Assembly: GCA_965207365.1 (NCBI GenBank)
Contig: OZ242281.1
Span: 68,003-132,002 of the forward strand
DNA from: Dehalococcoidia bacterium
Lineage (GTDB): Bacteria; Chloroflexota; Dehalococcoidia; Bin125
DNA: 64,000 nt
Direction: 5' to 3'
The translations under genes and the position numbers were made by a program. Below the pieces are notes generated by a model. The model did no database searches, was not told where the DNA came from, and saw only the letters and a list, made by a program, of their open reading frames with translations. Of this stretch, positions 58,495 through 64,000 are shown one piece after another. How positions within the stretch are numbered: the first letter of the stretch is position 1; the number at the start of each line of letters is the position of its first letter.

Positions 58495-59786
58495 TGATCC
58501 CCCGCTACCAACGCGCGGAAATGGCCGCGCTCTGGACGGATGACGCCAAGTGGCGGCGCTGGCTCGATGTCGAAATCGCCGTGACCAACGCCTGGGCCGA
58601 CGAAGGCGTCGTCCCGCGAGAGGACGCCGAACTGATTGCGGCCAACGCCGGCTACAACGTCGCTGACATCGACCGCTACCAGATCGAAGTACATCACGAC
58701 ACGCTGGCGTTTCTGCGCTCGGTCTCCGACACGCTCGGACCGGAATCGCGCTGGGTGCATCACGGTCTGACCACCAACGATGTCTGGGACACCGCGCTGG
58801 CGTTGCAGATTCGCGACGCAGCGCGAATCATCGAAGACGATCTGGAACGGCTCGAGGCTTCGATCACGAGGCGCGCCGTCGAGCACAAGTACACACTCTG
58901 CATCGGCCGCTCGCACGGCATCCACGGCGAACCAACGACGTTTGGTCTCAAGCTAGCCGGATGGGTCGATGAGACGCGTCGCAATCGGCGGCGCCTCGCC
59001 GACGCGATCGAGGCGATCGCCGTCGGCAAGATCTCCGGCGCCGTGGGCACGCACGCGACGGTGCCGCCGCACATTGAGGAGCGCGTCTGCCGTGAGCTTG
59101 GGCTTGGTGTGGAAGCCATTTCTACGCAGGTTGTCCAACGCGACCGGCATGCGCAATTCCTCTCGACGTTGGCCGTGATTGCTGCCTCGCTCGAGCGCTT
59201 TGCGACCGAAATCCGGCACTTGCAACGGACCGAAGTGCGAGAGGTGCGCGAGCCATTCGCCGAGGGTCAGGCCGGTTCATCGGCGATGCCGCACAAGCGC
59301 AATCCGGAGAAAGCTGAACGCGTCTGCGGTCTGGCGCGGACCATCCGAGCCAACGCGATGACCGCATTCGAGAATGTCGCCCTGTGGCATGAGCGGGACA
59401 TCTCACACACATCGGCCGAGCGGATCGCGATTCCTGACGCCTGTTTTGCGCTCGACTACATCACCGACATGTCGGCCTGGATCATCGACGGCCTCGTGAT
59501 CGATACCGAGCGGATGCAGAAGAACATGGAGTCGTCCTACGGCCTGATCTACAGCCAGCGAGTCCTGCTCGCCCTGACCGAGGCGGGCGTGCGTCGAGAC
59601 GACGCCTACAAGCGAGTCCAGTCCTACGCAATGCAAGCCTGGGACGAGGGCATCCAGTTCCGCGACCTGATCTCAGAGGACGACGTGATTACCGCAGCGC
59701 TCGACGAAGAAGCGATGGATGCGGTCTTCGATCCGGGCTACTACACGCGCTACGTGGACGAGTCGTTTGCACGTCTGGGGCTCTGA
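58494..59786 (+). CDS. purB: adenylosuccinate lyase
   Basis: MIPRY, GRSHGIH.EPTTFG, GSSAMPHKRNP and LWHERDISH motifs. Confidence 0.97.
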   Translation: MIPRYQRAEMAALWTDDAKWRRWLDVEIAVTNAWADEGVVPREDAELIAANAGYNVADIDRYQIEVHHDTLAFLRSVSDTLGPESRWVHHGLTTNDVWDTALALQIRDAARIIEDDLERLEASITRRAVEHKYTLCIGRSHGIHGEPTTFGLKLAGWVDETRRNRRRLADAIEAIAVGKISGAVGTHATVPPHIEERVCRELGLGVEAISTQVVQRDRHAQFLSTLAVIAASLERFATEIRHLQRTEVREVREPFAEGQAGSSAMPHKRNPEKAERVCGLARTIRANAMTAFENVALWHERDISHTSAERIAIPDACFALDYITDMSAWIIDGLVIDTERMQKNMESSYGLIYSQRVLLALTEAGVRRDDAYKRVQSYAMQAWDEGIQFRDLISEDDVITAALDEEAMDAVFDPGYYTRYVDESFARLGL

Positions 59787-59787
59787 C

Positions 59788-61173
59788 ATGGGTGAGCCGA
59801 ACTGGGCCAAACAGACGATTTGGACCGGCGACAACCTCGACATTATGAGGGGCATGAATTCCGAGTCGGTCGACCTGATCTACCTCGATCCGCCGTTCAA
59901 CTCGAACCGCGATTACGCCGCGCCGATCGGTGCGGAAGCAGCGGGAGCGGCATTCAAGGACACCTGGACGCTCGACGACCTCGATATCGCCTGGCACGGC
60001 GAAGTGGCGGAGGGCGAACCGGCGCTCGCGGCCGTGATCGAGGCCGCGGGACTCTCTCACGGTCGGCCGATGAAGGCCTATCTGATCATGATGTCGGTAC
60101 GCCTCCTGGAGATGCGGAGGATTATCAAGCCTCAGGGCAGCATCTACCTACACTGCGATTCCACCGCCGGCGACTACCTCAAGATCGTCATGGACGCGAT
60201 CTTCGGCCAGGCGCAGTACCGCAACCACGTGATCTGGAAGCGCAATCCCGCCAAGGGACTCGCCACGCGGAACATGCCGACCAACCACGACCTGCTGCTG
60301 CGCTATGCCATGGGTCCGAATGCGGTCTACAACGCCCAGTTCGTTCCCCACGATCAGGCCCACGTTGACCGCTACTACCGGCATGTCGAAGATGGAACAG
60401 GGCGCAGGTATTCGCTGGACAGCCTGGTCAATCCAAACAAGAACCGGCCCAATCTCACGTACGAGTTCCTGGGCGTCAACCGGGTCTGGCGCTGGACCAA
60501 AGAGCGAATGGAACAGGCTCTCGAAGACGGCCGCATCCACCAATCGGGGCCGGGGCGCGTACCCCGTCAGAAGCGCTACCTGGATGAGCAACGGGGACGT
60601 GCAGTCGACACCGTCTGGCATGACATTCCCCCGGTCCAAGGACAGGCCAAAGAGCGCACCGGCTATCCGACCCAGAAGCCGCTCGCGCTCCTGGAACGTG
60701 TGATCGCTACGTCTTCCAACCCGGGCGATCTGCTGCTCGACCCCTTCTGCGGCTGCGCGACCGCCTGCGTCGCCGCCGAGAAGCTGGACCGCCAGTGGGT
60801 AGGCATTGACATCTCTGAGAAAGCCGCCGAACTCGTGCAGATGCGGATGCAGCGAGACCTCGGCCTCTTCTACAGCGGCGTCCACCGCACCGACGCGCCC
60901 CAGCGCACGGACCTCGGCGACCTCCCGCCGTACAGTGCGCCCTCGAACAAACACCTGCTCTACGGCGCACAGGAAGGCCGCTGCAACGGCTGTCTGACAT
61001 GGTTCCCGTTCCGCAACATGACCGTTGACCACATCATCCCGCGTTCACGAAGCGGCACCGACCACTTCGAGAATCTCCAGCTGCTCTGCGGCGCCTGCAA
61101 CTCGACCAAGGGCGCCGGCTCGCAGGAAGAGCTGATCGCGCGATTGATAGAACAGAGAATTCGCACACCTTAA
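59788..61173 (+). CDS. site-specific DNA methyltransferase (N6/N4, beta class) fused to a C-terminal HNH domain
   Basis: YLDPPFNS (motif IV), YPTQKP and LDPFCGC (motif I), then CNGC..VDHIIP..G..NLQLLCGACN. Confidence 0.9.
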   Translation: MGEPNWAKQTIWTGDNLDIMRGMNSESVDLIYLDPPFNSNRDYAAPIGAEAAGAAFKDTWTLDDLDIAWHGEVAEGEPALAAVIEAAGLSHGRPMKAYLIMMSVRLLEMRRIIKPQGSIYLHCDSTAGDYLKIVMDAIFGQAQYRNHVIWKRNPAKGLATRNMPTNHDLLLRYAMGPNAVYNAQFVPHDQAHVDRYYRHVEDGTGRRYSLDSLVNPNKNRPNLTYEFLGVNRVWRWTKERMEQALEDGRIHQSGPGRVPRQKRYLDEQRGRAVDTVWHDIPPVQGQAKERTGYPTQKPLALLERVIATSSNPGDLLLDPFCGCATACVAAEKLDRQWVGIDISEKAAELVQMRMQRDLGLFYSGVHRTDAPQRTDLGDLPPYSAPSNKHLLYGAQEGRCNGCLTWFPFRNMTVDHIIPRSRSGTDHFENLQLLCGACNSTKGAGSQEELIARLIEQRIRTP

Positions 61174-61205
61174 GATCGTGAGGACTGTGCTCGAAGGAGT
61201 TTGCG

Positions 61206-62117
61206 ATGAGTGTGATGATCGAATCCAACCTTGACCTTCCCAAGCACTCGGGCAAGGTTCGGGACATCTATGACCTCAGCGACCGGCTGTTGCTGGTCAC
61301 GACCGACCGCGTCTCGGCGTTTGATGTGGTGTTGCCGACGGCGATTCCCGACAAAGGCTGCGTGTTGACGCAGATGTCGGCATTCTGGTTTGACGCAACG
61401 GAATCCGTGGTGCCCAACCACATGATCCGCGTGATCGACTCGACCGACAATCCCGACATCCCCGTTGCGCTGGGACCGGAGTACATCGGTCGCTCGATGC
61501 TGGTCAAGAAGGCGCAGCCGGTGAATCTTGAGGCGATCGTGCGCGGCTACCTGGCCGGTTCGGGCTGGGCCGAGTATCAGCGCGACGGCACGGTTTGTGG
61601 GATTCCGCTACCGGGCGGCCTGACGGAGTCGGAACCGTTGCCCAATCCAATCTTCACGCCCTCGACCAAGGCCGAGATTGGCGAGCACGACGAGAACATC
61701 ACCTACGAGCAGGCAGTCGGAATCGTCGGCGAAGACGTCGCCAACACAGTCAAGGTCCGCTCGATGGCGCTCTACACCTACGGCCTGTCGCGTGCCCACG
61801 AGGCGGGATTCTTCCTCGCCGACACCAAGTTCGAGTTTGGCGTGATCCAGAACGAACAGGGCGAGGACGAGGTCATCCTGATCGACGAGGCGCTGACGCC
61901 CGATTCTTCTCGATTCTGGGACGCCGAAATCTACAAGCCGGGGCAGTCGCAGCCGTCGTACGACAAGCAGCCGCTGCGCGACTGGCTCACCTCGACCGGC
62001 TGGGACAAAGAGCCGCCCGGCCCGCCGCTGCCCGATGACGTGGTCGAGAACATCAGCGGGCGCTATCGCACCGCCTTCGAGCGTGTGACCGGCCGCGAAC
62101 TGATCACGGCCGGTTAG
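61206..62117 (+). CDS. purC: SAICAR synthase
   Basis: SGKVRDIY, TDRVSAFD, ADTKFEFG and DEALTPDSSRFW motifs. Confidence 0.97.
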   Translation: MSVMIESNLDLPKHSGKVRDIYDLSDRLLLVTTDRVSAFDVVLPTAIPDKGCVLTQMSAFWFDATESVVPNHMIRVIDSTDNPDIPVALGPEYIGRSMLVKKAQPVNLEAIVRGYLAGSGWAEYQRDGTVCGIPLPGGLTESEPLPNPIFTPSTKAEIGEHDENITYEQAVGIVGEDVANTVKVRSMALYTYGLSRAHEAGFFLADTKFEFGVIQNEQGEDEVILIDEALTPDSSRFWDAEIYKPGQSQPSYDKQPLRDWLTSTGWDKEPPGPPLPDDVVENISGRYRTAFERVTGRELITAG

Positions 62118-62122
62118 CCGAG

Positions 62123-62386
62123 ATGCAGTTCAAGGCCGAGATTCACGTCACGCTGAAGCGAACGGTCAACGATCCTCAGGGTCTTGCGATTCGCGGAGGC
62201 CTGCACTCGCTGGGCTACGAGAGCGTCGAGGCGGTGCGCGCCGGCAAGTTCATCGAGGTCTGGATTGAGGCGGAGTCGGCCAGCGAGGCTGAGCGTCAGG
62301 CGAAGGAGATGTCGGATCAGTTGCTGGCGAATCCTGTGATTGAGCAGTATTCGGTCAGGGTCGTCGAAGGAGCCCCCTCACCCTAA
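62123..62386 (+). CDS. purS: FGAM synthase subunit PurS
   Basis: VNDPQG, VRAGK and LLANPVIE motifs. Confidence 0.95.
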   Translation: MQFKAEIHVTLKRTVNDPQGLAIRGGLHSLGYESVEAVRAGKFIEVWIEAESASEAERQAKEMSDQLLANPVIEQYSVRVVEGAPSP

Positions 62387-62490
62387 CCCTCTCCCAGAGG
62401 GAGAGAGAATCCGAAGGGGAACCGTCTACTCAACTCCATCTCCCTCTGGCTCAACTCCATCTCCCTCTGGGAGAGGGCTGGGGTGAGGGC
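62372..62490. repeat. CCCTCACCCTAACCCTCTCCC-type palindromic pair with an internal 21-bp tandem duplication
   Basis: Inverted pair between purS and hisB. CTCAACTCCATCTCCCTCTGG is repeated at 62429-62449 and 62450-62470. The left unit supplies the purS stop codon. Confidence 0.8.
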
Positions 62491-62503
62491 CGGCCGCGTT
62501 CGG

Positions 62504-63091
62504 CTACGAACTGAGTGTGCCCTTGGTGCTCGGAGCGCCGGATTCATCGACGATTCTGACGGCGTCCCGCAAGCAGCGGGCGAGGGCCTTGAACGTTGCT
62601 TCGATGATGTGGTGTTCGTTCTCACCGGCCAGTTGCCTGACGTGCAGCGCGAGGCGACCTTCGTAGGCGATGGTCTCGAGGATGTGCTTGGCCATTGAGG
62701 ACGGCAGTTCGCCGATCATTGGCGCGGGGAAGTTCAGATCGATCGCTGCGTAGGGTCGGCCGCTCAGGTCAAGCGCGACGTGGATCAGCGCTTCGTCCAG
62801 CGGGACCGTGCGGTCGGCGAAGCGTGCGATTCCTGCCCGGTCGCCGAGCGCATCGTTGAGCGCTCGACCGACTGATATGGCAACGTCTTCAGAGGTGTGG
62901 TGCGCGTCAACGTGTAGGTCGCCTGATGCTTGTACGGTCAGATCGAATCCACCGTGGCGCGCCAGTTGGTGCAGCATGTGGTCGAGCATGCCGACTCCGG
63001 TTGACACGTTCGCCTTGCCGGAGCCGTCGAGGTTCAGCTCAACCGTGATTGATGTCTCGCCAGTTTCACGAGTAACGGTTGCGTTGCGCAT
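62504..63091 (-). CDS. hisB: imidazoleglycerol-phosphate dehydratase
   Basis: RETGET, DHML, HHTSED, PLDEAL, NEHHIIEA.FKA and PSTKG motifs. Confidence 0.96.
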   Translation of the reverse strand: MRNATVTRETGETSITVELNLDGSGKANVSTGVGMLDHMLHQLARHGGFDLTVQASGDLHVDAHHTSEDVAISVGRALNDALGDRAGIARFADRTVPLDEALIHVALDLSGRPYAAIDLNFPAPMIGELPSSMAKHILETIAYEGRLALHVRQLAGENEHHIIEATFKALARCLRDAVRIVDESGAPSTKGTLSS

Positions 63092-63204
63092 GCGTCCACT
63101 CTGTCGCACGCGCGCGAAGATGTCTAGTGTCGGTGTAGGTTGCGCCACGCCGACGCGCTCTTCATTATCAAAGACAGCGCGAGGACACAGGAGGCGAGGC
63201 AGAG

Positions 63205-63633
63205 ATGGATCGGGACACGCTGATCGGACTACTGAACGAGGACCTGGCTTCCGAGCTGGCAGCGATCATCACCTACATCACTTATGCAGCCCGCGTCGAC
63301 GGGCCGCATCGTCCTCAGCTTTCGACGTTTTTCTCATCGGAAGTCAACGGCGAGCAGATCCATGCGGCCTACCTGGCCAACAAGATCGTGACGCTGGGCG
63401 GGGAACCGACGACTACGCCGGCGGAGATTCCGTTGCCCAAAGGCAACCGCGCGATGCTCGAGTGCGTCCTGGAGATGGAGCGGGACGCGGCCAGCCGCTA
63501 CGTCACGCGTTCTCGACAAGCCGAGGAATACGGCGACATCGGACTCAAGATCACGTTGGAAGACTTCATCCGCGACGAATCCACGCACGTCGAAGAAACC
63601 GAAGCAATCCTGCGCCACTGGACGACTGACTGA
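63205..63633 (+). CDS. ferritin-like / bacterioferritin-domain protein
   Basis: LNEDLASELAAI.TY, E..HA, GGEP and DE..H di-iron pattern. Confidence 0.85.
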   Translation: MDRDTLIGLLNEDLASELAAIITYITYAARVDGPHRPQLSTFFSSEVNGEQIHAAYLANKIVTLGGEPTTTPAEIPLPKGNRAMLECVLEMERDAASRYVTRSRQAEEYGDIGLKITLEDFIRDESTHVEETEAILRHWTTD

Positions 63634-63655
63634 GCCTAGTAGGCCAACCGACCCC

Positions 63656-63739
63656 GTAGGGGCAGCCCTTGTGGCTGCCCTTGGTCGCGCGCTCCACTGG
63701 CTGTCTTGGCTGTCGGGCGACCACAAGGGTCGCCCCTAC
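63656..63739. repeat. GTAG-type REP doublet (REPIN-like)
   Basis: GTAGGGGCAGCCCTTGTGGCTGCCC and the inverted GGGCGACCACAAGGGTCGCCCCTAC. Confidence 0.85.
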
Positions 63740-63749
63740 GAGTTATCGA

Positions 63750-63998
63750 TCAAACGGGGCGTTCTGTCGTGCGCTCTTCGATGGCGTAAAGCTCATCCAT
63801 ACCGGCCATGCCCTGAACCTCGCGGTAGAGCGACATCAACTCATCGACCTCGCGGCCCGAGGCTCCGCTTGAGGCGATGTTTCGGTAGGCGTCGCGCATC
63901 GCTCCATAGGCGGCGACCTGCCCGGTGAAGGGGTCGATCAAGACGTTGAAGCCATGACTGGCCAGTGACTTGCGATCGAGGCGGTCGGCAGGAGCCAT
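63750..63998 (-). CDS. 3' end of a CDS running off the window
   Basis: Frame is open to the window edge. No motif recognised. Confidence 0.5.
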   Translation of the reverse strand: MAPADRLDRKSLASHGFNVLIDPFTGQVAAYGAMRDAYRNIASSGASGREVDELMSLYREVQGMAGMDELYAIEERTTERPV

Positions 63999-64000
63999 CA

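Noticed and set aside
62123-62500. Loss of purQ/purL after purS
   Set aside because: Their absence from this window is uninformative because pur genes are often dispersed.

Overview
GC-rich (visually about 60-65%) bacterial chromosome segment. Its gene content (many crotonases, family III CoA-transferases, SDRs, Uma2 nuclease, LL-DAP aminotransferase) and frequent leaderless genes suggest Chloroflexota, Dehalococcoidia-like; this is inference. The left end (1-6170) is the decayed edge of a probable island attached to a tRNA(CAT), with a DUF4209/HEPN-like gene, gene fragments, a truncated IS481 and capA. The middle holds glpK-glpD, copA, an ATP-grasp ligase, MFS, an HDAC-family deacylase, a B12-domain-like radical SAM enzyme, nfuA, many catabolic enzymes (two tandem duplications), a RelE-type TA pair and orphan genes. 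The right part is housekeeping (hflX, dapL, dapF, miaA, tpiA, pgk, rpiB, sua5, guaA, purD/B/C/S, hisB) with an inserted DNA methyltransferase-HNH fusion. Best leads: (1) the radical SAM gene reads through its TGA as Cys-Sec-Ala-Glu-Pro (CUAEP tail), in a neighbourhood that could form an uncharacterised selenium-dependent metal(loid) pathway; (2) a 212-bp MITE in two copies with TIRs, a 4-bp TSD on one copy and an internal REP pair; (3) a 23-24-bp hairpin-CAGGC mini-module that inserts into REPs and into itself; (4) hflX has no canonical start codon and probably starts at ATT; (5) at least ten leaderless genes. No CRISPR array or rRNA was seen.
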